Below are positions 46,797 to 56,421 of a stretch of DNA of 64,000 bases, one piece after another (within the stretch, counting starts at the first letter, position 1; every line of letters begins with the position of its first letter). Location: NCBI GenBank assembly GCA_963764715.1, contig CAVXTP010000014.1:128001-192000 (forward strand), read 5' to 3'. Under the pieces are notes generated by a model. That model was given only the letters and a program-made list of their open reading frames with translations. It searched no databases and had not been told where the DNA came from. Source of the DNA: an uncultured Acidobacteriota bacterium (GTDB taxonomy: Bacteria; Acidobacteriota; Thermoanaerobaculia; UBA5066; Gp7-AA6). A program made the position numbers and the translations under genes.

Positions 46797-49414
46797 TGCC
46801 GAGGCGCCGCGCCGCTCTCGCGCTGGCCGCGGGGCTCGCGGCGCTCTTCGTCTGCGCCGTCCCGCGGGCCGACCAGGCGGCGGCCTCGTTCTACAGCCTC
46901 ACGCCGCCGACGGCGGGCGGCCTCGAGGCCGTCGACCGCGCGCTCGCGCGACTCTCGGCGCACCGGCGCCTGCTGGTGGTGGGGGCGCATCCGGACGACG
47001 AGGACACGGAGATCCTGGCCTTCGTCGCGCGCGGGCTCGGTGGCGAGGCGGCGTACCTCTCCCTGACGCGCGGCGAGGGCGGCCAGAACCTGGTCGGGCC
47101 GGATCTCGGCGTCGGCCTCGGACTCGTCCGCTCGCAGGAGCTCGGCGCGGCCCGCCGGCTCGACGGCGCCCGGCAGTTCTTCACGCGCGCCTACGACTTC
47201 GGATTCACGCGCTCGCTCGACGAGGCGTTTTCGAAGTGGCCGCGCGAAGCGATCTTCGGCGACGCGGTGCGGGTCGTGCGCCGCTTCCGCCCGCAGGTCG
47301 TCGTCAGCATCTTCAACGGCACCGCGCGCGACGGGCACGGACAGCACCAGGCCGCCGGCGTGACCGCGCGCGAAGCCTACCGGCTGGCGGGCGACCCCTC
47401 GGCGTACCCGGAGCTCGCGGCCGAGGGCCTGAGCCCCTGGAAGCCGGTGACGCTCCTCCAGGAGACGGGCTACTGGAGGGACCAGGCGGCGACGACCGTC
47501 GTCCTCGACACCGGGCGCGTCGAGCCGCTGACCGGGCGTTCCGTCTACCAGGTCGCCATGGCGAGCCGGAGCCTCCACCGGTCGCAGGACATGGGCCAGC
47601 TCCAGGAGCCCGGGCCGAACCAGACGACGGTCGGCTGGGTCGGCGGCGGCGCGGGGCGCGACGGCCGCGATCTCTTCTCCGGCGTCGACACGCGCCTGCG
47701 GGCGATCGCCGCCGAGGTCCGGGACCCGGCGCGGCGGGCGGAGATCGAGAAACGGCTCGACGCGGTCGAGGCCGGGGTCGCCGAGGCGCGGCGCCGCCTC
47801 TCGACGCCCGACCTGCCCTCGACGGTCCCGGCGCTCGCGAAAGTGCTGTCGAACCTGCGCGCCGCGCGCGGGCTCGTCCGCGACGGCGACGGGGGCACGG
47901 CCATGCTCCTCGACGAGAAGCTCGCGCTCGCGCAGAACGCCCTCGCCGGCGCGGCCGGAGTCACGCTCGACGCGGTCTCGGAGCGGGAGACCGCGGCGCC
48001 CGGCGAGTCGCTCGAAGTCACGTCCTCCGTCTGGAACGCGGGCGGGCAGAGCGTCTCGGTCGAGAGCGTCGCCGTCGAATCGCCGGCCGGCTGGTCGGCC
48101 GCCCCGGCCGCCGGCGCGAAGACGGTCGCGCCCGGAAAGCTCGAGGAGTGGAAGAGCCGGGCGAGCGTGCCCGCCGGGGCCCCCGCCACGGTCCCGTACT
48201 TTCTCGAACGCCCGCTCCAGGCCGATCTCTACGACTGGAGCTCGGCGCCCCCCGGCGTCCGGGGCGACCCGTTCCAGCCGGCGCCCCTGCGGTCGGTCGC
48301 GCGCCTGACGATCGCGGGAGAGAGCGTCGTCCTCGAGCGCGACGTCTCCTTCCGCGTGCGCGACCAGGAACTCGGCGAGGTCCGCCGCCCCGTGCGCGCC
48401 GCACCGTCGGTCGAGGTCGCGGTCGAGCCGGACCTGCTCGTCTGGCCCCTCGGCCAGGCGTCGCGGCGACTCGAGGTCTCGCTGCTGTCGCACGCGGCGA
48501 CCCCGGTCTCGGGACGCCTCGAGGTCGTCCCTCCCGCCGGCTGGCCCGCGCCGGCGCCGCGGCCGTTCACGCTCGCGAAGGCCGGCGAACGCGTCTTCTT
48601 CGACGTCGACCTCCAGGCCCCGCCGGCGCTTTCCCCGGGGCGCCACGAGGTCCGCTTCGCCGCGCGAATCGACGGAGGCGCCGCGGCCGACCTCGGCATC
48701 CGCCTCATCGATTACGGGTACATCCCGCGCACGCCCATGCCCGAGCGGGCGCAGGCGAAGATCTCGGCCGCCGACATCCGGTTTCCGCCGCTCAAGCGCC
48801 TCGGCTACGTGCGCGGCGCGGCGGACCGCGTTCCGGAGGCGCTGACCGCGCTCGGCGTCCCGGTCGAGATCCTGACCGCGCGCGACCTCGACGCGGGAGA
48901 CCTCTCGCGCTACGACGCGATCCTCGTCGGGAGCCGCGCGTACGAGACCGACCCGGCGCTGCCGCGGGCCAACGGGCGCCTGCTCGACTATGCCCGGGCC
49001 GGGGGCCTCGTCGTCGTCCAGTATCAGCAGTACCCTTTCATCCAGGGAGGCTATGCCCCGTTCGCCCTCGAGATCGCGCGGCCGCACGACCGCGTCACGG
49101 ACGAGACGGCCCGGGTGACCGTGCTCGACCCCGCGAGCCCGATCTTCACGACGCCCAACCGCATCGGGTCCGAGGACTGGTCCGGCTGGGTCCAGGAGCG
49201 CGGCCTCTACTTCGCGCACACATGGGCGCCGGAGTACACGCCGCTGCTCGCGATGGCCGATCCGGGCGGCCCCGAGCAGAAGGGCGGCCTGCTCGTCGCG
49301 AAGCTCGGCCGGGGCCGCTACGTCTACACCGGGCTCGCGTTCTTCCGGCAGCTCCCCGCCGGGGTGCCGGGCGCCTATCGACTGCTCGCCAATCTCCTCG
49401 CGTGGAAGTCCTGA
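46796..49414 (+). CDS. Secreted PIG-L/LmbE family deacetylase with Ig-like (NEW3) domains
   Basis: AHPDDED, RGEGGQN, DFGF, GHGQHQ and C-terminal WVQERGLYF...FFRQLPAGVPGAYRL.AN. Confidence 0.88.
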   Translation: MPRRRAALALAAGLAALFVCAVPRADQAAASFYSLTPPTAGGLEAVDRALARLSAHRRLLVVGAHPDDEDTEILAFVARGLGGEAAYLSLTRGEGGQNLVGPDLGVGLGLVRSQELGAARRLDGARQFFTRAYDFGFTRSLDEAFSKWPREAIFGDAVRVVRRFRPQVVVSIFNGTARDGHGQHQAAGVTAREAYRLAGDPSAYPELAAEGLSPWKPVTLLQETGYWRDQAATTVVLDTGRVEPLTGRSVYQVAMASRSLHRSQDMGQLQEPGPNQTTVGWVGGGAGRDGRDLFSGVDTRLRAIAAEVRDPARRAEIEKRLDAVEAGVAEARRRLSTPDLPSTVPALAKVLSNLRAARGLVRDGDGGTAMLLDEKLALAQNALAGAAGVTLDAVSERETAAPGESLEVTSSVWNAGGQSVSVESVAVESPAGWSAAPAAGAKTVAPGKLEEWKSRASVPAGAPATVPYFLERPLQADLYDWSSAPPGVRGDPFQPAPLRSVARLTIAGESVVLERDVSFRVRDQELGEVRRPVRAAPSVEVAVEPDLLVWPLGQASRRLEVSLLSHAATPVSGRLEVVPPAGWPAPAPRPFTLAKAGERVFFDVDLQAPPALSPGRHEVRFAARIDGGAAADLGIRLIDYGYIPRTPMPERAQAKISAADIRFPPLKRLGYVRGAADRVPEALTALGVPVEILTARDLDAGDLSRYDAILVGSRAYETDPALPRANGRLLDYARAGGLVVVQYQQYPFIQGGYAPFALEIARPHDRVTDETARVTVLDPASPIFTTPNRIGSEDWSGWVQERGLYFAHTWAPEYTPLLAMADPGGPEQKGGLLVAKLGRGRYVYTGLAFFRQLPAGVPGAYRLLANLLAWKS

Positions 49415-49430
49415 ACCGAAGGAGGCCGAC

Positions 49431-50261
49431 ATGATCCGCCGATTCCTCGCCGCCGCCGCCCTGGCCCTCATCGCATCCGCCGCCTCGGCCCAGTTCGAGG
49501 GGGAAGCGACGTTCAAGATCACGACCCGGCGCGAGAAGGGGGCCCCGCTCGAGGGCACGGCCCACATGTTCTCCTCGAAGACGGGCTTCCGCATGGAGTG
49601 GGAGATGGCGACGGGCGCGAGCCGCCGGGGCGGCCCGCAGCAGATCAAGATGGTGATGCTCGCGAAGCTCCCGAACCCGGAGAAGGTCTACCTCGTCAAC
49701 GACGCCAACCGGACGTACTCCGTGTGGGACACGAAAAAGGCGCGCGACGACGCGAAGACGGCTCCGAAGGAAACGTACACGGTCGAGAAGCTCGGGATGG
49801 ATCGCGTCGCCGGCTACCCCTGCCAGAACGTCCGCGTCACGTCGTCGAAAGGCAGCGTGTTCGACCTCTGCGTCACGAAGGAGTTCGGCGCGTCGAGCGA
49901 CTGGCTGGCGGCGATGAACCGCAACGATTCGGACGCCGGCTCCTGGCTGAAGTCCCTGCGCGACGCCGGCATCGAGGGCTCCCCCGTCCGCTGGTCGGTG
50001 CGGACCAAGGGCTCGGCGGAGCCGACGATGGTCATGGAGCTCGTGCGGGCCGACAAGAAGGCCCTCTCCGCGGCGCTCTTCGAGGTGCCGGCCGGCTACA
50101 AGGAGACCGGGATGGCGGTCGGCGGCCTCACGCCCGAGCAGGAGAAGGCGATGGCCGACGCGCGCGCCCAGATGCAGGAAGCCCTGAAGGACATGACGCC
50201 CGAGCAGCGCAAGCAGTACGAGGAGATGATGAAGCGCTACGCCCCGACGCCGGCTCCGTGA
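49431..50261 (+). CDS. DUF4412-like secreted protein
   Basis: AGGAGG SD and signal peptide. FEG, YLVND...Y, G...VAGYPC and LFEVPAGYK. Confidence 0.7.
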   Translation: MIRRFLAAAALALIASAASAQFEGEATFKITTRREKGAPLEGTAHMFSSKTGFRMEWEMATGASRRGGPQQIKMVMLAKLPNPEKVYLVNDANRTYSVWDTKKARDDAKTAPKETYTVEKLGMDRVAGYPCQNVRVTSSKGSVFDLCVTKEFGASSDWLAAMNRNDSDAGSWLKSLRDAGIEGSPVRWSVRTKGSAEPTMVMELVRADKKALSAALFEVPAGYKETGMAVGGLTPEQEKAMADARAQMQEALKDMTPEQRKQYEEMMKRYAPTPAP

Positions 50262-51301
50262 GGCGCCCGGCCCTCCGCCTCCTCCTCGCCGCCGCGCTGT
50301 GTTCCGGCCTCGCCGCCTGCCGGGGCGACGGCCGCGTGCCGCTGACGATCTATTCGCCCCACGGCCGCGACCTGCTCGGCCTGATGGAAAAGGAGTTCGA
50401 GCGTGCCCACCCGGACGTCGACGTCCGCTGGCTCGACATGGGCTCGCAGGAGGTCTACGACCGGCTGCGCTCGGAAAAGGCGAATCCGCAGGCCGACGTC
50501 TGGTACGGCGGGCCCGACACGATCTTCGCCCGCGGCGTGCGCGACGGCCTGCTCGCCGCCTACCGCCCGGGCTGGGCCGACGCGGTCGTCCCGTCCAGCC
50601 GCCACGAAGGGGACCTCTACTTCGGCCTCTACCGGACGCCCGCGATGCCCGTCTACAACTCGAAGGCGATCGCCGCCGCGGAGGCGCCGCGCGAGTGGGA
50701 CGACCTGCTCGACCCGAAGTGGAAGGGCAAGATCCTCATCCGCGATCCACTGGCGTCGGGGACGATGCGCGCGGTGTGGGGCTACATCCTGGCGAAGTCC
50801 GTGCGCGAGACGGGATCCCCCGCGGCGGGGTTCGCATGGCTCGCGAGGCTCGACGCCCAGACCAAGGAGTACGTCTTCAACCCGATCCTCCTCTACGAAA
50901 AGATCGTCCGCCAGGAAGGCCTCATCACGATCTGGGACCTTCCGGACACGCTGCTCGAGCGCGAGCGGGGCTCGCCCCTCCAGTACGTCTTTCCGAAGAG
51001 CGGAACGCCCGTGATCGACGACTCGGTCGGGCTCGTCGCCGGCAGCCGCCACGCCGAGGCGGCGAAGGCGTTCATCGAGTTTCTCGGGAGCAAGCCGATG
51101 CAGCGCCTGGCGGCCGAGAAGACGTACCGCCTCCCGGCGCGGACGGACCTCGGCGAGGAGCTGCCCGCGTGGGCGCGCGACGTCGAGCGCGACATGGTCG
51201 TCGCCGAGATCGACTGGCCGCTCCTCGAGAAGGACGGCGCCGAGTGGATGGCGACCTGGGACCGCACGATCCGCGGCCGGGGAGCCGCCAGGGCCCCGTA
51301 A
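50258..51301 (+). CDS. ABC transporter substrate-binding lipoprotein (Fe3+/thiamine-type)
   Basis: LAAC lipobox, LTIYSPH, EKANPQADVW.GG, W.DLLDP.WKG and DPLASGT. Confidence 0.88.
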   Translation: MRRPALRLLLAAALCSGLAACRGDGRVPLTIYSPHGRDLLGLMEKEFERAHPDVDVRWLDMGSQEVYDRLRSEKANPQADVWYGGPDTIFARGVRDGLLAAYRPGWADAVVPSSRHEGDLYFGLYRTPAMPVYNSKAIAAAEAPREWDDLLDPKWKGKILIRDPLASGTMRAVWGYILAKSVRETGSPAAGFAWLARLDAQTKEYVFNPILLYEKIVRQEGLITIWDLPDTLLERERGSPLQYVFPKSGTPVIDDSVGLVAGSRHAEAAKAFIEFLGSKPMQRLAAEKTYRLPARTDLGEELPAWARDVERDMVVAEIDWPLLEKDGAEWMATWDRTIRGRGAARAP

Positions 51302-51346
51302 CGCGGTGACGGCCCGGGCCCCCGGTTTGCGATACCGTTCGCCGCA

Positions 51347-52400
51347 ATGTCGGACTTCCTGCGGCTCGAGTCGCTCGACAAGCGCTTCGGGAGCGCCGCC
51401 GTCACCCGCGACGTCACTCTCACGGCGGCGCGCGGGGAGATCGTCGCCCTGCTCGGGCCCTCGGGAAGCGGCAAGACGACGATCCTCCGGCTGACCGCCG
51501 GCTTCGAGACGCCGGACGCCGGCCGGATCGTCGTCGAAGGCGAGGACGTGACGCGGCTCCCGGCCGAGCGCCGCCGCTTCGGCATGGTCTTCCAGCACTA
51601 CGCGCTCTTTCCGCACATGACGGTCGGCGAGAACGTGGCCTTCGGCCTCGGGTCGGCCCGCGCCTCCCGGGCCGCCACGGCCGCGCGCGTCGCCGAGGTC
51701 CTCGCCCTGACCGGCCTCGCGGGCTTCGAGAAGCGCCGCGTGACGGAGATCTCGGGCGGCCAGCAGCAGCGCGTGGCGCTCGCCCGGGCCCTCGCGCCCT
51801 CGCCGCGGGTCCTGCTCCTCGACGAGCCCCTCTCGAACCTGGACCCGACGCTCCGCGAGAAGACGCGGAGGGAGCTCCGGCGCGCGATCCGCCGCATCGG
51901 GATCACGACGCTCTTCGTGACGCACGAGCAGGAGGAGGCCTTCGAGCTCGGAGACCGGGTCGCCGTCCTGAACGCGGGCCGCCTCGAGCAGATCGGCACG
52001 CCCGAGGAGCTCTTCGAGCAGCCGGCCACCCGCTTCGTCGCGACGTTCATCGGCCGCTCGAGCGTGATCCCGGTCCGGTGGGAGATGGGCGCGCGCATTC
52101 CGAAGGGCCCGGTGTGGCCGGCGATCGCGGACGCCTCGCTGGCGGAGGGCTCCGACGCCGACCTGGTCGTGCGGCCGGAGGCGCTCGAGTTCTCGGCGCG
52201 GACGCGCGCCGACGCGCTCGAGGGCGAGGTCGCCGAACGACGCTTCGCGGGGCGCTCGGCCTACTTCCGGATCGTCGACGGCGGCGGCGGGCGAGGTCGA
52301 GGTCCTCGCTCCGCCCCACGCCGCCCGCGAGGGCGACCGCGTCCTCGTCGTCCCCTCGCCGGGAGGGCCCGTGCCACGCGCCTTCCCGAGGGAGCCGTGA
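51347..52400 (+). CDS. ABC transporter ATP-binding protein (FbpC/PotA-like), probable frameshift near 52275
   Basis: GPSGSGKT, ISGGQQQR and LLLDEP. The TOBE tail continues in another frame (GEVEVLAP...DRVLVVP) and ends in a TGA that overlaps the permease GTG. Confidence 0.82.
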
Positions 52401-54031
52401 CCCGGCGCCGCGGCGCGATCCTCGCCGCCGGCCTCCTCGTCCTGCTCTTCTGGCTGGTCGGCTACCCGCTGGTCCTGACGTTTCTCGAGGCCCTCGGCGC
52501 GCCCCGCTTCACGCTGGCCCACTTCGCGGAGTTCGCGCGCCGGCCGGCCGAGTGGCAGGCGCTGTGGGCGAGCCTCTGGATCTCGCTCCTGACGGTGGTC
52601 TTCTCGGCGGCGATCGGCGTGCCGCTCGCGTTCCTCTTCGAGCGCGCCGAGTTCCCGGGCCGCCGCGCGCTCGGCGTCCTCGTCGCGCTGCCGGTGGCGC
52701 TGCCGCCGCTCGTCGGCGTCATCGCCTTCCTGTTTCTCTATGGCGAGAGCGGGTTCGCCTCGCGCGCCGTCCAGGCGGCGCTGCGCCTGGAGCACCCTCC
52801 CTGGCGCCTCGCCGGCCCCGGCGCGATTCTCCTCGTCCACGCGTACTCGATGTACGTCTACTTCTACCTCTTCGTCCGCGCGGGGCTTTCGCGCCTCGAC
52901 GCCGCGTACCTCGAGGCCGCCGCGAGCCTCGGCGCCGGCCGCGCGCGCACGGCGCGCCGGGTGACGCTTCCCCTGCTCTCGCCCGCCCTGACGGGGGCGG
53001 CGCTGCTGACCTTCATGACCTCGCTCGCCTCCTTCAGCGCGCCGTACGTCTTCGGGGGAAGCTTCCGCATGATGACGACGCAGATCGTGGCCTCGAAGTT
53101 GAACGGCGACATCGGGCTCGCGATGGTCGAGACCGTGGCGCTGGCGGCGATCGGCTTCGCCGGTCTCCACCTGCTGCGCCGCACCGAAGGCCGGTCGGTC
53201 GTCGGCACGGTCCGGGGCATCGCCCCCCGCCGGCGGGAGCTCGCCGGCGGCCGCTTCGCCGTGGCCGCGGCGGGCTGGGGCCTCGCGCTGCTGCTCCTCC
53301 TGCCGCACGCGTCGCTCCTGCTCCTGTCCTTCGTGCCGCGCAACACGTGGACGACCGAAGCCCTGCCGCCCGTCCTCGACCTCGGAAACTACCGGAGCCT
53401 CATCTCGCAGCCCGAGCGGCTCCAGCCGATCGCCAACTCGCTGTGGATGGCCGCGGTGGCCACCGCCCTCGCGCTCGTCCTCGGCTTCGCCGCCGCGTAC
53501 GCCGGCGTGCGCAAAGGCGGCCGCGCGGGCGCGGCGCTCGAGTGGCTGGTCGCGGCGCCGTGGGCCCTGCCTGGCACGGTCTTCGCGGTCGCGCTCGCCG
53601 CGGCTTTCAGCGTCCACCAGCCCTGGGCGGCGCGCTTCGTCCTCGTGGGGACCGCGGCGATCCTGCCGCTCGGATACCTCGTGCGGAGCCTTCCCCTCAC
53701 GGGGCGGGCCGCGTTCGCGGGCCTGCGGCAGCTCGATCCCGCGATCGAGGAAGCCGCGGCGTCCCTGGGCGCCTCCGCGGGGCGGCGGCTCGTGCGCGTC
53801 GTGCTGCCCCACCTGCGGCCGGCGCTGCTCGCCGGCGCGAGCCTCGCGTTCCTCTCGGCGCTCGGCGACTTCGTCGTTTCGATCGTCCTGTACACCTATT
53901 CCACCCGGCCCATCTCGATCGAGATCCTCTCGGACCTCCGGCTCCAGGAGATCGGGGCCGCGGCGGCGTATGGAGTGCTGCTGACCGCGCTCTCGGCCGC
54001 GGCGTTCCTCGCGTGGGGTCGTCGGGCCTGA
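52397..54031 (+). CDS. Iron ABC transporter permease (FbpB-like, double domain)
   Basis: Two EAA motifs (EAAASLGA), many TM helices, and GGAG SD before GTG 52397. Confidence 0.87.
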   Translation: MTRRRGAILAAGLLVLLFWLVGYPLVLTFLEALGAPRFTLAHFAEFARRPAEWQALWASLWISLLTVVFSAAIGVPLAFLFERAEFPGRRALGVLVALPVALPPLVGVIAFLFLYGESGFASRAVQAALRLEHPPWRLAGPGAILLVHAYSMYVYFYLFVRAGLSRLDAAYLEAAASLGAGRARTARRVTLPLLSPALTGAALLTFMTSLASFSAPYVFGGSFRMMTTQIVASKLNGDIGLAMVETVALAAIGFAGLHLLRRTEGRSVVGTVRGIAPRRRELAGGRFAVAAAGWGLALLLLLPHASLLLLSFVPRNTWTTEALPPVLDLGNYRSLISQPERLQPIANSLWMAAVATALALVLGFAAAYAGVRKGGRAGAALEWLVAAPWALPGTVFAVALAAAFSVHQPWAARFVLVGTAAILPLGYLVRSLPLTGRAAFAGLRQLDPAIEEAAASLGASAGRRLVRVVLPHLRPALLAGASLAFLSALGDFVVSIVLYTYSTRPISIEILSDLRLQEIGAAAAYGVLLTALSAAAFLAWGRRA

Positions 54032-54037
54032 GCCCCG

Positions 54038-55564
54038 TCAGGGGCCCGGCCGCGTGACGATCCGGGTGCCCGGGGGCGTGTCGGCGGCGCGCGGGATCGC
54101 GACGTAGGCGAACCCGTTCGCCTTGACCGCGGACGCGGCGCCGGGGTTGGCGACCGTCACGGCGACGAGGCCGCTGTCGCCGGGCGGGGTCACCGCGGTC
54201 AGGCGCGTCGGCGAGACGACGGACACGGCCTTCGCCGGCTTCGTCCCGAAGAGCACCGTGGTCGCGCCCGTGAAGTTGGCGCCCGTGATCGTGACGGTGT
54301 CGCTCCCCCGCTCGTAGCCGGTCGCGGGGGTGATCGCGGCGATGACCGGCGTCTGCGGCACCGGCCCGTCGACGCGGTAGACGAAACCCGCGCCCGTCCC
54401 GACGTAGAGCTCGCCGGCGGAGTCCTCGCCGAACGTCGTCGGGTTGTCGACGGAGATCGGGAGAAGCTCCGCCGTGAACGCTCCGCCGCCCGCCGGCCGG
54501 GCGCCGAAGAACTCGCCCGAGCAATAGTCGGCAAAGAGATACGTGCCGTAGAGGTCGGGAATCGCGAGGCCCCGGTAGACGTAGCCTCCCGTGACCGAGC
54601 AGCGCCCCACGTCGTGGCCGTACTCGAGGATCGGCGCCGTGAAGCTCGGCGAGAAGCAGGCCGGCGTGCTCGGGGGGCAGCTCGCCGTGTTGCCGGTGCA
54701 GAGCGTTCCCTCCATGATCTTCCAGCCGTAGTTGGCTCCGGCGCCGGAGCCCGCGGCCTGGAAGTCGATCTCCTCCCGTAGCCCCTGGCCGACGTCGCCG
54801 ATGAAGAGGTCGTCCGTCAGGCGGTCGAACGAGAACCGCCACGGGTTGCGCAGGCCGATCGCCCAGGCCTCGTCCGGCCCGCCCGCCCCGACGAACGGGT
54901 TGCCGGCGGGAATGGCGTACCACGGCGGGTTGGCGATGCTCGGGTCGACGTCGAGGCGCAGGAGCTTTCCGAGGAGGTCCTGCCGTCCCGGCTGCGGGTC
55001 GAGGCGCTGCGCGTGGCAGTCCGGATCGTTGGCCGAGCCCCCGTCGCCCATGCCGACGTACAGGTCTCCGTCGGGGCCGAACTGCAGTTGTCCCCCGTTG
55101 TGGTTCGCGAACGGCTGGTCGATCGTCAGGAGGATCTTCGCGCTGAACGGGTCCGCCACGTTGCGGTCGCCCGAGACCGAGTACCGCGCGATCACCGTGT
55201 CGCCCGACAGGTTCGTGTAGTCGACGAAGAAGAGGCCGTTCGCGGCGTAGTTCGGGTGGAACGCGGTCGAGAGCAGCCCCTGCTCGCCGCAGCACACGAC
55301 GAGGTCCGACAGGTCGAGGAACGGCGTCGCGAGCACCTGGGCGCCGTCCCAGACGACGATCTGGCCGCGCTGGAGGGTGAGGAAGAGCCGCCCGTCGCCG
55401 GCATTGGTGATGGCGGTGACTCCCGTCAGCGGGCCCGCGACCTGCGTCAGGTGGATGGCCGGAGCCGCCGCCGCCTTCTCGACGCGTTCGGCGCGCGGCA
55501 CGGAAGTCGGGGACACGGCCCACGCGATCCCGAGAAGAGCCGCGGCGAGGATCGGCGGACGCAC
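54038..55564 (-). CDS. PQQ-dependent sugar dehydrogenase (GSDH family) with C-terminal IPT/TIG domain
   Basis: EQGLL..AFHP, NHNGG, GDGG, GLRNPWRFSFD, NYGW and SVTGG.VYRG. C-terminal TVTITGANF...V.FG. Confidence 0.88.
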   Translation of the reverse strand: MRPPILAAALLGIAWAVSPTSVPRAERVEKAAAAPAIHLTQVAGPLTGVTAITNAGDGRLFLTLQRGQIVVWDGAQVLATPFLDLSDLVVCCGEQGLLSTAFHPNYAANGLFFVDYTNLSGDTVIARYSVSGDRNVADPFSAKILLTIDQPFANHNGGQLQFGPDGDLYVGMGDGGSANDPDCHAQRLDPQPGRQDLLGKLLRLDVDPSIANPPWYAIPAGNPFVGAGGPDEAWAIGLRNPWRFSFDRLTDDLFIGDVGQGLREEIDFQAAGSGAGANYGWKIMEGTLCTGNTASCPPSTPACFSPSFTAPILEYGHDVGRCSVTGGYVYRGLAIPDLYGTYLFADYCSGEFFGARPAGGGAFTAELLPISVDNPTTFGEDSAGELYVGTGAGFVYRVDGPVPQTPVIAAITPATGYERGSDTVTITGANFTGATTVLFGTKPAKAVSVVSPTRLTAVTPPGDSGLVAVTVANPGAASAVKANGFAYVAIPRAADTPPGTRIVTRPGP

Positions 55565-55611
55565 CCGCCGATGATACGGCAGCGGTCCCCGGCGCGGATG
55601 TCTCCGGCGGG

Positions 55612-56421
55612 CTACAGCTCCATCACGCTGTCGAGGCCTCGCTTCAGGCCGGTGAAGCTTCCGACGCGCCGGATCGCGAGGAGCGTTCCGGCGATGTAAG
55701 GCTGGGCGCCGGATCCGGAATCGTGGCGAATCGAGAGGCGCTCGTCGGGCAGGCCGAAGAGGACCTCGATCGACGAGACGAAGCCGGGAAGCCGGACCGA
55801 GTGGACGGGCGTTCCGGACAGAGACGCCCCGCGCGCCTCGGGCTCGCCGAGCGTCTTCTCGGCGGGCACCGCGATCTCCGGGCGCCGCACGCGCGACAGG
55901 CGGCGGGCGAGCTCGCGGGCCGTGCCCGACGGAGCGTCGGGCTTGGACGCCCGCGCGTACTCGATGACCTCCCACTGCGGGATGAGCCGGGCCGCCATCT
56001 CCGCGAAGCGCTGCAGCAGCACCGCCGTGAGCGCGAAGTTGCCGGCCGCGAGCACGCCCACGCCGCGCGCCTTCGCTGCGTCGTCGATCGCGGCGTACTC
56101 GGCGTCGGTCAGGCCCGAGCTCCCGACGACGACGTGGACGCCCCGGGCGATCGCCGCGTGGACATGGTCCCGGACCCAGGCGGCGCTCGTGTAGTCGACG
56201 AACACGTCCGCGCCGGCCTCGAGGGCTTCGGCCGCCGTCGAGCGCACGACGACCGGGGGCAACGACGGATCCCCGAGGGCCTCCGCGAGGGTCCGGCCGG
56301 CCGCTCCCCGCGCCGCCGCACCGGCGAGCTCCAGGTCCGGCGCCGCCGCGATCGCCGGCGCGAGGCCGCGCCCGACCCAGCCGGTCGCCCCGGCGAGGCA
56401 GACGCGAATGCGGCCGCTCAA
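55612..56421 (-). CDS. dapB: 4-hydroxy-tetrahydrodipicolinate reductase
   Basis: GATGWVG, DYT, GSSG, NFA, K.DAPSGTA and HSVRLPG. The usual E.HH motif reads EYAR. Confidence 0.82.
   Translation of the reverse strand: MSGRIRVCLAGATGWVGRGLAPAIAAAPDLELAGAAARGAAGRTLAEALGDPSLPPVVVRSTAAEALEAGADVFVDYTSAAWVRDHVHAAIARGVHVVVGSSGLTDAEYAAIDDAAKARGVGVLAAGNFALTAVLLQRFAEMAARLIPQWEVIEYARASKPDAPSGTARELARRLSRVRRPEIAVPAEKTLGEPEARGASLSGTPVHSVRLPGFVSSIEVLFGLPDERLSIRHDSGSGAQPYIAGTLLAIRRVGSFTGLKRGLDSVMEL

Noticed and set aside
51347-54031. Novel ATPase-permease fusion transporter
   Set aside because: Better explained by a single frameshift near 52275.
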